From a virus (lineage: Duplodnaviria; Caudoviricetes), in the IMG/VR virus record IMGVR_UViG_3300005841_000939: a stretch of DNA of 64,000 nucleotides. One strand, given 5' to 3'. The notes under the pieces are model-generated. The model did no database searches. It had not been told where the DNA came from and saw nothing but the letters and a program-made list of their open reading frames with translations. A program made the position numbers and the translations under genes. Position 1 is the first letter of the stretch; the number at the start of each line of letters is the position of its first letter. Of this stretch, positions 28,582 to 38,692 are shown in pieces.

Positions 28582-28640
28582 TTAGCACACATTGCTAATC
28601 AAAGGGGGCTGGGTATAATATTACTCAGTCCTTTTTTGTT
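28581..28640 (+). terminator. Hairpin followed by an intrinsic terminator after gp32
   Basis: ATTAGCA-cacat-TGCTAAT, then GGGGCTGGGTA-loop-TACTCAGTCC and a T tract. Confidence 0.85.
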
Positions 28641-28656
28641 TTAACGAGGTTGAGAG

Positions 28657-29694
28657 ATGGAACGTATTTTAATTGTTACAGGATGTGCAGGATTTATTGG
28701 ATTTAATTGGTTAAAATATTATCTCAAAAATAATAAGACTATTTGGGGCAGTATTGTTTCTATTGATAGTTTTACATATGCAGCACAATATAATATTGAA
28801 GAATATTTAGATTTATGTAAAACTCATGGAATTATTCATATTGAAAAAGATATTAATCTTTTATCAAATAAAGAATATGTTGAATTTTCTCCTAAGAGTT
28901 GGGATGCAAAATATACTGTTTTGAATTTCGCATCACAAAGTCACGTTGATAGAAGCATTGCAAGTCCATCGCAACTTTATTTTGATAATATTGGAATCCC
29001 AGCATCGTTAATTGATTGGTTAGGTGGAACTCAAAAGATTGAAGTTTTTAATCACATTAGTACAGATGAAGTTTATGGCGATATTAAAATTTCTGAGAAG
29101 GATGACAAATCAAAATGGTTCACCACAAAGAGTCCATTCAATCCAAGTAATCCTTACAGCGCAAGTAAAGTAGCTCAAGAAGCCTATTTGATGTCACTAT
29201 CAAGAACGTTTGGGTTGAATCTTCAAATTTATCGGATGGGAAATCAATTTGGAAAACATCAACATCCGGAAAAAATGTTGCCAATCTCAGTCCTTCGTTC
29301 CATGGCAAGTCGTCCAATAAAAATTTATGGTGAAGGCAAGAATTGCAGATTATGGACTTATGTTGAAACCACTGCAAAGATTATTAGTGATCGTTTGGAA
29401 AATCCTGTAGATAAAAATCCAAAACATCCTCAAGATATTTTACATATTGCCGATAAACGTTTCCTAGTTGATAATAATTATATAGTTGAATTGATACGAT
29501 TGACACTAAAACAAAAATATGATATAACAACATCCGTTGAATATGTTCCTGATCGCAAAGGTCATGATGAAGTGTACGCATTGATTACTGAACCAGCAAT
29601 TGATCAATATTTTACAAATTCATTGCAAGGAACAATTGAGGAAATAGTAGAATTTTACGTACAAGGATACAAAAATGCAACCTATGACAATTGA
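28657..29694 (+). CDS. rmlB: dTDP-glucose 4,6-dehydratase
   Basis: GCAGFIG, FASQSHVDRSI, ISTDEVYG, PSNPYSASK, QHPEK, DRKGHD. Confidence 0.9.
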   Translation: MERILIVTGCAGFIGFNWLKYYLKNNKTIWGSIVSIDSFTYAAQYNIEEYLDLCKTHGIIHIEKDINLLSNKEYVEFSPKSWDAKYTVLNFASQSHVDRSIASPSQLYFDNIGIPASLIDWLGGTQKIEVFNHISTDEVYGDIKISEKDDKSKWFTTKSPFNPSNPYSASKVAQEAYLMSLSRTFGLNLQIYRMGNQFGKHQHPEKMLPISVLRSMASRPIKIYGEGKNCRLWTYVETTAKIISDRLENPVDKNPKHPQDILHIADKRFLVDNNYIVELIRLTLKQKYDITTSVEYVPDRKGHDEVYALITEPAIDQYFTNSLQGTIEEIVEFYVQGYKNATYDN

Positions 29695-29974
29695 TTCTGA
29701 TAGAGAAGAATTACATGGATATTTTAAACAAGAAATTTTGCCATTAATTAAACAAAAAGAACACACGCAAGAGTTTAAAAAATCAATTGATACTCTAATA
29801 TCAAATAAATTTGGAATAAAATACAAAATTATCGTTAGATTCTATGATGATACGGTTCGTGTTTCTGCCCATAAGAAATCAAATGGTATCATATACTTTA
29901 TGGCAGCAACATCCGAGAACAAAGCTGATTATGATTTCAGCAATGAGGGTTGGGCTACTACTTTTTTTAAGTGA
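29675..29974 (+). CDS. Hypothetical protein
   Basis: ORF in the operon. Confidence 0.6.
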   Translation: MQPMTIDSDREELHGYFKQEILPLIKQKEHTQEFKKSIDTLISNKFGIKYKIIVRFYDDTVRVSAHKKSNGIIYFMAATSENKADYDFSNEGWATTFFK

Positions 29975-29981
29975 GATATAA

Positions 29982-31448
29982 ATGACAAATACGGTTGGAC
30001 ATAAAGAGCTTGAAAATTGGTGGGATGGCCGCGTCATAATTGATGAATTAAAAGAATTTGTTGATGCCCGGGGTTCGCTCACTGAATTATGGCGAAATGA
30101 TGATGATAAAGCAAAGGTAACTGAAAAAGATGAAACAAATTCATCTTTTTATGAACCGTGTATGTCATATTGGAGTGAAACAAAACCATTCGTACAGAGA
30201 GGTCCACATGAACATGTAGGACAAACTGATGTGTTTGTGACATGGAAAGCACGAATGATTTACAATCTTTATAATCCTGTTACAAAAGAAATGAAATATT
30301 TTGTAACTGACCCAACAAAAATTTATCGTGTAAAAGTTGGTATTGGCATTATTCATTCATATAGAAATATTGGTTTTTCAGATTCATTAACTGGCAATTT
30401 TCCAACATCATTATTCATGGGTTTGGATAAAAAGGGATGGAAAGATGGGCAAAAAGTTGATGAAATTCGTCATGAAGAAGAAGTAAAACCAGAGATAACA
30501 TATTGGTTGCTTGGTGCTGGTGGTCGTTTGGGTAATTCTTTCTTAAAATCTCTTCATAAGAAGATGGGTTATCACACATTCAACGTTATTCCTTTATTTG
30601 ATAAATTTGCAAACAATAAAGAAGGTTATGATAAGTTGAATGTTTTGTTGGAAGAAATTAAGAAGACAAAAAATAGTGTAATTATCAATTGTGTTGCTTA
30701 TACAAATACGGCTGATACAGGATCAGCATTACATAATGCATGTAATACATCACTACCAACATATTTGACATCATTTGCTGCATTAGAAAACGTACCATTA
30801 ATCCATTTCAGCACTGATTATGTTTATCAAACGGGCGCATTAAATGCTTATACTCAAAGCAAAATGCGTTATGAATCATGGCTTAAAGATTCAATATCAT
30901 CATCACATATCGCAGAATTTAAAGCAGCAAAAGAAGCCGAAATTCAAGATATGGAAAATAGTTCAATGGATGAAATAACAATAGAAGCATATCGGACAAA
31001 ATTTGAAGAGGTTGTTTCTACCTTAGAAAAAAATAAAGCTGATATTGAAAAAAATGTGCGTATTTTAAGAGTGGCGAATTTGTTTTCTGTTGATACTAAA
31101 GAAGATATGTTTGATAAAATTTATGCAAAAATTAAAGATGGGTCAATACGTGTACCATTTAAGAAGTGGTCAACCCTTCCAACATCAACGGATGACCTAG
31201 CTGATTGGGTCGTAAGTGATGTTTTGAATAGTTTTGACAAATTCAATGTATTTACTAATGTAAGTGGTAAGCAATATACAATGGAACAAGTTGTTAAGGA
31301 TCTATTCAAGAGTAATATTCCTATCATAGAAACTAATAATGCATTGGTAGACCTTAATCATACTGCTTTTATTTCAGACAATGCTGTTATAATCAATTGC
31401 GAAAAATCCATCCAACAAAAAATTAGTAAAATAACAGCACATGAGTAA
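29982..31448 (+). CDS. RmlC-like epimerase (cupin) fused to RmlD-like reductase
   Basis: DARGSLTELWR..RGPHEH..GIIHSY; then LGAGGRLG, NCVAYT, HFSTDYVY, YTQSK, LRV, PTSTDDLA. Confidence 0.8.
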   Translation: MTNTVGHKELENWWDGRVIIDELKEFVDARGSLTELWRNDDDKAKVTEKDETNSSFYEPCMSYWSETKPFVQRGPHEHVGQTDVFVTWKARMIYNLYNPVTKEMKYFVTDPTKIYRVKVGIGIIHSYRNIGFSDSLTGNFPTSLFMGLDKKGWKDGQKVDEIRHEEEVKPEITYWLLGAGGRLGNSFLKSLHKKMGYHTFNVIPLFDKFANNKEGYDKLNVLLEEIKKTKNSVIINCVAYTNTADTGSALHNACNTSLPTYLTSFAALENVPLIHFSTDYVYQTGALNAYTQSKMRYESWLKDSISSSHIAEFKAAKEAEIQDMENSSMDEITIEAYRTKFEEVVSTLEKNKADIEKNVRILRVANLFSVDTKEDMFDKIYAKIKDGSIRVPFKKWSTLPTSTDDLADWVVSDVLNSFDKFNVFTNVSGKQYTMEQVVKDLFKSNIPIIETNNALVDLNHTAFISDNAVIINCEKSIQQKISKITAHE

Positions 31449-33366
31449 AGATCAAAATATTAAGATTCTCAATGACCGGGAGCACTGTTTATTGCGTCCT
31501 GGTATGTACATAGGTTCAACAAAACCTGAAAAGCAATTCTTTTGGATTCCAACCGATGCTGGTAAGTTGAAGCGTGAAGAGATTTCTTATATTCAAGGTG
31601 AGTACAAACTATTTTGTGAAGTATTAGATAACGCTTTGGATGAACATATTCGTGGTTTTGGTAATCAAATTGATATTACCTATAGTCAAAAAACTGGTTA
31701 CATTACTATTCGTGATTACGGCCGTGGAATTCCCATTGACATGCATAAGGAAGCCAAAGTACCTATACCTCAAGTTGTTTTTACACAGTTGAAAAGTGGT
31801 TCAAATTTTGATGATTCCGATCGTGTGACTGTTGGCATGAATGGTGTTGGTGCTTCACTAGCAACAATTTTCAGTGAAAAACTCATGGTTCAGATTTGGC
31901 GAGACGGAAAAGCATATTCGCAATCTTTCTCAAAAAATATGGAAAAAATCAGTGAGCCATTGGTTGAAAAAGATAAAACAACAAAAACAGGTACATTAGT
32001 CAAATTCAAACCAGACCAAAATATTTTCTCAATTCAAATTCCTACTATTCTTTTTCATAAAAGATGCCTAGAATTGTCTTTTATGTATCCAAAATTGTCG
32101 CTGAATTTGACAATTGAAAGTGATACCGATGATTGCTTTGGATGTAATGATACGACAGCTTATGAAGGTAAGACTTGGGAATCTTTCATTAAGATGTTTG
32201 ATGCCCCATATTCAATCTATGAAGACAATAAAGCCCAAATTAAAATGGCTATTGTCCATAACACACATACTGAACAATTTGAGCACTATTCAAATGTAAA
32301 TGGTGCTGATACGTTCAGAGGTGGAACTCATATTGATGCTTTACGTGATTTATTTTGCGAAGACATCAAAACAAAGATTAAGAAGGATGCAAAGCTTGAA
32401 GTAACAAATGGTGATGTTGCTAAAAATATGATCCTAGTTAACTTTCAAGTGTGGAATGCTCCACAATTTGAAGGTCAAAATAAAGAAAAATTCGTCAACG
32501 ATAAAAATGAAGTAAAGAAAGTTTATGATGACATCTTTTCATCACGTCGTTTGACAATTATGGATGGTGAATGCCCTAATATCCGCACAGCAACCATTGA
32601 TTTTGTCCTATTAAAGAATGAGAAGAAAGAGCTTTTAGACCTAAAGAAGACTCAAAAGAATATTGATAAAAAGAAAATTGCAAAACTTATAGACTGTTCT
32701 TCAAAAATTAGAAAAGCCTGTTCAATTTATATTACAGAAGGTGATAGCGCCATTAGTAATTTGGCGACGGTCAGAGATTCAAAAACTATGGCAGGTTTAC
32801 CATTACGTGGTAAGGTGTTGAATGTTTTTGAAGAATCTGCGCGTGATGTTGTTGAAAATAAAGAAATTCAAAGCGTCATGTCTGCAATTGGTCTAAAAAT
32901 TGGCGAAAGTCCGCTATCAATTATTAATGATGAAATTGCTAGTAGCGATTTGAGTTATGGCAAAATCATCTTAGCAACTGACCAAGATATGGATGGTTAT
33001 TCAATTCGTTGCTTAATTATCAACTTCTTCTTTAAATTTTGGCCAGAAATCATTGAACATGGATGTGTTTATATTTTGGAAACTCCTTTATATGAAGTAG
33101 TTGAAAAGAAGACCGAAGAAATCAATTATTTCTATACTAAGCAAGAATACGAAACATTTATTGAAGGTAAAAAAACTGAAAAGTATGATATTTCATACTT
33201 CAAGGGACTTGGTTCATGTGGCAAAGAAGCTTGGGATTACATGATCAACAAGAAACCTAATCTTGTTCAAGTTAAAATAGATGATCAAAAGAAAACTGCG
33301 GAAAAACTAAAAACTGTCTTTGGTCAAGATACCGAAGCCAGAAAAAAGTGGATTATGGCTTCTTGA
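31441..33366 (+). CDS. gp39: Type II topoisomerase large subunit (gp39+60/GyrB-like)
   Basis: REH.LLRPGMYIG, EVLDNALDE, GMNGVG, TEGDSA, PLRGK, TDQDMDG, YFKGLG. Confidence 0.96.
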   Translation: MSKDQNIKILNDREHCLLRPGMYIGSTKPEKQFFWIPTDAGKLKREEISYIQGEYKLFCEVLDNALDEHIRGFGNQIDITYSQKTGYITIRDYGRGIPIDMHKEAKVPIPQVVFTQLKSGSNFDDSDRVTVGMNGVGASLATIFSEKLMVQIWRDGKAYSQSFSKNMEKISEPLVEKDKTTKTGTLVKFKPDQNIFSIQIPTILFHKRCLELSFMYPKLSLNLTIESDTDDCFGCNDTTAYEGKTWESFIKMFDAPYSIYEDNKAQIKMAIVHNTHTEQFEHYSNVNGADTFRGGTHIDALRDLFCEDIKTKIKKDAKLEVTNGDVAKNMILVNFQVWNAPQFEGQNKEKFVNDKNEVKKVYDDIFSSRRLTIMDGECPNIRTATIDFVLLKNEKKELLDLKKTQKNIDKKKIAKLIDCSSKIRKACSIYITEGDSAISNLATVRDSKTMAGLPLRGKVLNVFEESARDVVENKEIQSVMSAIGLKIGESPLSIINDEIASSDLSYGKIILATDQDMDGYSIRCLIINFFFKFWPEIIEHGCVYILETPLYEVVEKKTEEINYFYTKQEYETFIEGKKTEKYDISYFKGLGSCGKEAWDYMINKKPNLVQVKIDDQKKTAEKLKTVFGQDTEARKKWIMAS

Positions 33367-33390
33367 TTCTGGAAAAATAGCATCTATAAT
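33363..33390 (+). promoter_or_regulatory. Promoter TTGATT-N16-TATAAT overlapping the TGA stop
   Basis: Spacer counted by hand. Confidence 0.75.
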
Positions 33391-33423
33391 TGTTAGTCTC
33401 AACTCAGTATGGAGATTAATTAA

Positions 33424-34164
33424 ATGGGCGCATCATTCAGTGGAACCTTTGAAACTAAAGAACAAGCAGATGATTTTGGTAATGTTGTAAAGTATATTAT
33501 TCCTGTTCTTGCAGAAGGTGGGATCCTTCTAAAAGTTCAAAAAGATACGATGATCATTAACGTTTATCAAAAGAATATTTTGACACACGTTGTAAGTCGT
33601 GGAATTTATAATAAGTTCACTATGGTTGATGATACAAAGATTGGTATTCTCAAGCCTGCTGACTTCGTAAAATATATCAACATGTTCGCTGAAAATAGTT
33701 CGGTTAGCTTTGAAGACAATGTTTTCACAATTACCAATGGCGATTCTGACGTAAGCTTTAGAACTGCTGACGTTGACTTGATTAAAGAAGGTCCAGCAAC
33801 ATTCAAAGGCACAACATTCGTTGCTGATGTAATGATTGATAGTCGTTTTGATCGTTTTGCAAAAGCCATGAGTGTTCTTGCAAATGAAGATACAGTTAAT
33901 GTTAAGGGTGATAAGGCAACAGGTAAAGTGACATTCAAGATTGCAAATGCATCAATGGCTGTCAATACTTTCAAATTAGTTATTGATAAGATCGCAGTTG
34001 CTGATGATTTTGAGTTTAAATATTCCAAGGAAGATTTCCTGGCAATCTTGCAAACACCAATTCCAACAAAGAAAATGTCTTTCGCAGAAAAACTTCTTCG
34101 TTTAGAATGTACATCAGCAAACTTGGATATTACTTATTATATTCCAAAGAAGGCCGCTAAGTAA
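33424..34164 (+). CDS. gp45: Sliding clamp
   Basis: 246 aa, IGILKPADFVKYINMF, ends YYIP; upstream of the clamp loader. Confidence 0.7.
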   Translation: MGASFSGTFETKEQADDFGNVVKYIIPVLAEGGILLKVQKDTMIINVYQKNILTHVVSRGIYNKFTMVDDTKIGILKPADFVKYINMFAENSSVSFEDNVFTITNGDSDVSFRTADVDLIKEGPATFKGTTFVADVMIDSRFDRFAKAMSVLANEDTVNVKGDKATGKVTFKIANASMAVNTFKLVIDKIAVADDFEFKYSKEDFLAILQTPIPTKKMSFAEKLLRLECTSANLDITYYIPKKAAK

Positions 34165-34179
34165 TAGGAATCTATAAAC

Positions 34180-35112
34180 ATGTCAGACGCATTTTATCCT
34201 TGGGTTGAAAAATATCGCCCACAGACATTGGATGATGTAATTATTAATCCAGAATATCTGGCAAAGTTTAAAGAATTTGAAGCAACAAAGTCTTGCCAAC
34301 ATCTTCTATTTGAAGGTGGACCTGGTGTTGGCAAGACAACAATTGCAAAGATTCTAGCAAAAGCGATTGCAGGTGAAGATAATTATTTGTATATCAATGC
34401 TTCTGATAAAAATAATATTGATGCAATTAGAACAAACGTAATGGATTATTGTGGTTCAAGTGGATTTACAGATGATCTTAAAATTATTATTCTAGACGAA
34501 TGTGATGGGTTGACGCCTGTTGCTCAACGCGCTTTGCGTGCAGTCATGGAAGAATATGCAAAGAAAACACGTTTCATAATGACATGTAATTATGGAAATA
34601 AAATAATTGATGCATTGCGTTCACGTTGTGCTATTTTTGAATTTGAAGCAGCATCAAAGAATGATATTGCAAAACGTTGTTTCAAAATAATGCACAATGA
34701 AGGTGTAACAAACTTCAAAGAAGCAAAAGCAGATTTAGTTCAATTGGTAACTAAATATTATCCTGACATTAGAGCAGTGATCAATAATATCCAAAAGAAT
34801 ACAAAAGAAGGTATTTTCAAATTTAATCCAGAAACTGCAACATCAGATTACAATTCAACTTTTATTAAACTGTTGGCTGAGAAAAAGTTTAAAGAAATAC
34901 GTTCAGAATTTCTTTCACCAACAACTGATTATCAAAGTTTGTATAAAACCATTTTTGATAGTTTGCGTGGCGAAGAACTTACAAAGAATCCAACACAAAA
35001 AGGTGATATATACCTACTTGTTGCTGATTATCAATACAAAAGTGCATTGGTCCTAGATCAAGAAATTAATTTTATAGCAATGATCGTTGCAATCATACGA
35101 AATTTGCAATAA
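34180..35112 (+). CDS. gp44: Clamp loader large subunit
   Basis: WVEKYRP, GPGVGKTT, INASD, LDECD, SRC. Confidence 0.96.
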   Translation: MSDAFYPWVEKYRPQTLDDVIINPEYLAKFKEFEATKSCQHLLFEGGPGVGKTTIAKILAKAIAGEDNYLYINASDKNNIDAIRTNVMDYCGSSGFTDDLKIIILDECDGLTPVAQRALRAVMEEYAKKTRFIMTCNYGNKIIDALRSRCAIFEFEAASKNDIAKRCFKIMHNEGVTNFKEAKADLVQLVTKYYPDIRAVINNIQKNTKEGIFKFNPETATSDYNSTFIKLLAEKKFKEIRSEFLSPTTDYQSLYKTIFDSLRGEELTKNPTQKGDIYLLVADYQYKSALVLDQEINFIAMIVAIIRNLQ

Positions 35113-35149
35113 AAATAAAATAAACACATAGAATAATCATGGAGCAAAT

Positions 35150-35293
35150 ATGAATTACGAAGATAAGCAAAATGCAAAAAAGTTACGAAAGTTACTTGAT
35201 GCTAAAGTTAAAAAGTCATACCGAAACATAGCATTGAGTAATATCAATAAGAATGCCGAAAAATTGACCAAATTGTTAGAGAATGTTAAATAA
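35150..35293 (+). CDS. Small basic hypothetical protein, 47 aa (not in the ORF track)
   Basis: GGAG SD, ATG..TAA. Confidence 0.6.
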   Translation: MNYEDKQNAKKLRKLLDAKVKKSYRNIALSNINKNAEKLTKLLENVK

Positions 35294-35330
35294 GATAATA
35301 AAATTTTTTAAAAGAAAAAGAACCCCACTA

Positions 35331-36110
35331 ATGAAACTATATCTCATTGTTATTGACACAACAGAAGCATTTACCCGAGCAAACTTGCCTTCTGGTATTT
35401 TAAATACTGTTGTTGTTATTGCCGAAGATGCTGTACAAGCAAAAAACAACTTCCTTAATCAATATACTGGTGAAATGATCCGTAAATTGAATGAAGCCAT
35501 TTATGTCTATGATCTAAATGAAATTTCAGTTAATTTGGAACAAATCCAAAAAGGTGGTGGACAACCACAATGGACGTTTATTCCACTTCGTGGAGGTAGA
35601 CCACCTCGCCAAGTTGCATCAGCACCAATTCAAATGACTTCAAATGGCAATCAAACATTGTCAGGTACAATCGCTCAACCACCTAGAACGGAAGGAGCGC
35701 CTCGACCATTGAATGTTTCAAATGTCAGCAATAGCCCCCGTTCACGGGAATTTCAACCTGAACAAGTTTCGCCACAAACTCAGCCTATTCAAGACCCTAA
35801 TAAATTGGCTATGTTGAGAGATTTGGGTGTTCATACTGGCGGTGAATCTGCTGGTGAAGGATATAGTCCACGTCTCAATAGTTCAGTTGGAAGAAATGTT
35901 TCTATTGAACAGCCCCGTACAACTCATAGTGCTCCAGAAGGTATGAATGCTGAAAAGGCTGCGCTTTTGCGTGGTATTGGCGTAACACTTCCTGGTGGTT
36001 ATCCAGTTCAAAGTACTGGCGAAGATGTTATTTCAGATGCTGCATTACTTGATCCAAGTCTTGCAGAAATTCCAAATGATGCACCACCCGTTATTGAAAG
36101 CGAAAAATGA
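35331..36110 (+). CDS. Hypothetical protein with Pro/Gln/Ser-rich C-terminal part
   Basis: ORF; start could be 35283. Confidence 0.7.
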   Translation: MKLYLIVIDTTEAFTRANLPSGILNTVVVIAEDAVQAKNNFLNQYTGEMIRKLNEAIYVYDLNEISVNLEQIQKGGGQPQWTFIPLRGGRPPRQVASAPIQMTSNGNQTLSGTIAQPPRTEGAPRPLNVSNVSNSPRSREFQPEQVSPQTQPIQDPNKLAMLRDLGVHTGGESAGEGYSPRLNSSVGRNVSIEQPRTTHSAPEGMNAEKAALLRGIGVTLPGGYPVQSTGEDVISDAALLDPSLAEIPNDAPPVIESEK

Positions 36111-36478
36111 GTAATAAAGGCTCTGCAATGAAGAAGAAAGGTGGCAACGTTGTCACCAAAGCCATGATCGCAAAGCGCATGGAAGATGTTGCCCAATTAT
36201 CAGTTGCACTTGAAGCAACATTGATGGAATGGGAAATCTGGTATAAGATGCTCATGAATCAAAAGGGCTATCTAACCGCAGAAGAATTTGATAACTTCGT
36301 CAAAGAAGGTCCTATTTTCTCAGATATTCCTGGAAAAATCATGGCTAGTGTTCGTGCAGCAATGCCACAATTTGAACCAATTTCAAAAGAAGATGCCGTT
36401 AAACAAGATGCTGCTAAGCCAAAAATTCTTGGGGCAGATGGCTTGCCACCAGTGGAAAAGAAGAGTATAATCGTTTAA
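36107..36478 (+). CDS. Hypothetical protein
   Basis: ATGA overlap with the previous gene. Confidence 0.7.
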   Translation: MSNKGSAMKKKGGNVVTKAMIAKRMEDVAQLSVALEATLMEWEIWYKMLMNQKGYLTAEEFDNFVKEGPIFSDIPGKIMASVRAAMPQFEPISKEDAVKQDAAKPKILGADGLPPVEKKSIIV

Positions 36479-36479
36479 T

Positions 36480-37097
36480 ATGGCACGCAAAAAAACTACT
36501 GGTCCTGAACAAGTTATAGATTTCTTCGCTTTAGCTCAAGGTAAAGAAATCTATAATGATGATCCAACGTGGTTTGCTGATTGTGAAGTAAAGAAAGTTT
36601 CAGTTTTTGATATTGTAAAAGATATTCAAAAACAAAAATCAGGAACTATGTTAGATAAAGAAGAAGGTGTAAAAGCTTTCAATTTATTCATGGTTATGAA
36701 ATCTCTTTCTTCAAAAACCCATGATATAGTTGGATGGAAGCCTTATATAAACGAAGATGGCGAAGAAAAGAAAACACCAATATATAGCAAATATCCAGGG
36801 CACCAAGATATATTCATAGTAAATGAAATAAATCAATTATGGCGTGAGTTTGATAATGTCAGTGCATATAATTTCTTTACAGTAGCAATTCCAGAATATG
36901 GTCCTAAAGAATATTATCCACTCATTTCAAAAATGAGAAGTGCAGCAGAATCAGAAATTTTAGCTAGAGTTTCACATTACTACGAATGTTCTTTGCAGAC
37001 TGCCAAAGAATATGTTGATTTAAATGGTCCAGAATTTATTAAGATGATTAATGATAAATATGGTGACGTAGAAATGGTAAAGAAAGAAACTGTATGA
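36480..37097 (+). CDS. gp62: Clamp loader small subunit
   Basis: FNLFMVMKSLS..NEIN..YNFF..YYECS..AKEY; directly before regA as in T4. Confidence 0.7.
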   Translation: MARKKTTGPEQVIDFFALAQGKEIYNDDPTWFADCEVKKVSVFDIVKDIQKQKSGTMLDKEEGVKAFNLFMVMKSLSSKTHDIVGWKPYINEDGEEKKTPIYSKYPGHQDIFIVNEINQLWREFDNVSAYNFFTVAIPEYGPKEYYPLISKMRSAAESEILARVSHYYECSLQTAKEYVDLNGPEFIKMINDKYGDVEMVKKETV

Positions 37098-37483
37098 AAG
37101 TTGGTATATCTGTTCGTTTAAAAGAAGATTTTTCAGTAGTCCGAGAAACTTTAGAACGCATCGGTATTATTAATCAAAAGAAGAAGGAGTTTTTTCCTTC
37201 TTGCTATTGTATTGGTTCAACAACAGATGGTGTGTATAAAATTGTCCATTTTAAAGAGCTATTCTTACTTGATGGAAAGACTGCCAATGTTGAACCATTG
37301 GATTATGCACGTCTTAAAACAATAGTCTACTTGTTGAAAGATTGGAATTTGGTTGAATTGGTTGACCCAAAACAAGTAGATCAAATTCTCAGTGAAAAGA
37401 TCACTGTTTTGAAACGCTCTGAGAAGAAGGATTATAATATAATCCACAAGTTCAAATTCTATAAAAAGATCATATCTGATTGA
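37094..37483 (+). CDS. regA: Translational repressor RegA
   Basis: DF.VVRETLERIGI..SC..IVHFKELF.LDGK..LL.DW.LVE. Confidence 0.92.
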   Translation: MKVGISVRLKEDFSVVRETLERIGIINQKKKEFFPSCYCIGSTTDGVYKIVHFKELFLLDGKTANVEPLDYARLKTIVYLLKDWNLVELVDPKQVDQILSEKITVLKRSEKKDYNIIHKFKFYKKIISD

Positions 37484-37507
37484 TTCTGTGATTTTTAGTT
37501 CTATACT
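37480..37507 (+). promoter_or_regulatory. Promoter TTGATT-N16-TATACT, 6 nt before the primase ATG (probably leaderless)
   Basis: Overlaps the regA TGA; no SD present. Confidence 0.7.
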
Positions 37508-37513
37508 AAATCA

Positions 37514-38692
37514 ATGGAAGTGCCACGTTTTTTAGTAGAAACAACATTTTCTGAAGTTATTAGATGTGGTCGTCGTAAGAGGTCAAACTCTGACAAATTG
37601 ACCATGGAAGGAATATGCCCTTTCTGTGGTAATCCAAAAAGACCATCAAAGAAAAAATTCTATCTATATACCTCAAAAAGTGCATCATATAATGTTGAAT
37701 GCAAGTCTTGTGGTTATGGTACTACTTTTACAAATTTTATAAAAGAAAATTATCCAGAAAAGTACGAATATATTAAAATTCAATGTTTTGATTCTATCAA
37801 GAATGGAAAAGCATTTGAGCATCCAAAACAATCGGAAGTTATTTCAGTAAAACTTAAACCAGATGAAAAAATAGATCGGTTCTTGACAGCTTTTTTACAT
37901 ACTTGTTGCGTCAATCTATATAAACATCAAAAAGATCCAGAATTGGAATCTCGTAGAATTCACGCATTGACAAAGATGGAAAAAAGAAATATCTCAAAAG
38001 ATATTCTTGAAGAATATTGGCTTTGTTATAAAGGTAAATTTTCGGATCGTGTAATTATACCTTTCTTCAATGAATCAGGATTATTATATAATTTTCAAGC
38101 CAGAGACATTACAGATAATCCTGATGAATATCGTAAAGGTACAAAATACTTGTTCGCTTTATTTGAAAAAATAGTTTTGCCCGACGACAAAATTTACAAA
38201 ATGTATCTCGCAGATCCAAAGCAGACGGTATATATATGTGAAGGAATTCTTGATAGCGAGTTTATAGAAAATTCAGTTGGGTTATGTGGTGTTTCAATGA
38301 GTGAAGAGAAAATAGATTTAATGCGTGAACGTTGGCCAAAGCGTGTTTTCTGTATTGATTCTCCTTGGACTGATGAAGCTGGTTATGATACAATTTTCGC
38401 TTTATTAAAAATGGGAGAACGCTGCTTTATCATGCCAAAGGAACACAGTGATTGTAAAGATATAAATGATCTTGCTTTAAAACTAGGAGTATCTAAAATA
38501 AGTGAACAATTCTTGGAAGAAAATTGTTACGAAGGTATACTTGGTATAGCAGCAGTCAAAGTGTTGTTGGCAACATCTATAACTGCTAAAGGGCGAACGA
38601 TTAAAACATACGAACAAAGATTACAAGAATTTAAAGAACAGGAAGCGAAAGAGACATGGGATTACCTCACCTCACAAACGAAAAAGCAATGA
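37514..38692 (+). CDS. gp61: DNA primase
   Basis: CPFCG..CKSCG zinc finger, RVIIPF..QAR, ICEGILDS, KDINDL. Confidence 0.92.
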   Translation: MEVPRFLVETTFSEVIRCGRRKRSNSDKLTMEGICPFCGNPKRPSKKKFYLYTSKSASYNVECKSCGYGTTFTNFIKENYPEKYEYIKIQCFDSIKNGKAFEHPKQSEVISVKLKPDEKIDRFLTAFLHTCCVNLYKHQKDPELESRRIHALTKMEKRNISKDILEEYWLCYKGKFSDRVIIPFFNESGLLYNFQARDITDNPDEYRKGTKYLFALFEKIVLPDDKIYKMYLADPKQTVYICEGILDSEFIENSVGLCGVSMSEEKIDLMRERWPKRVFCIDSPWTDEAGYDTIFALLKMGERCFIMPKEHSDCKDINDLALKLGVSKISEQFLEENCYEGILGIAAVKVLLATSITAKGRTIKTYEQRLQEFKEQEAKETWDYLTSQTKKQ

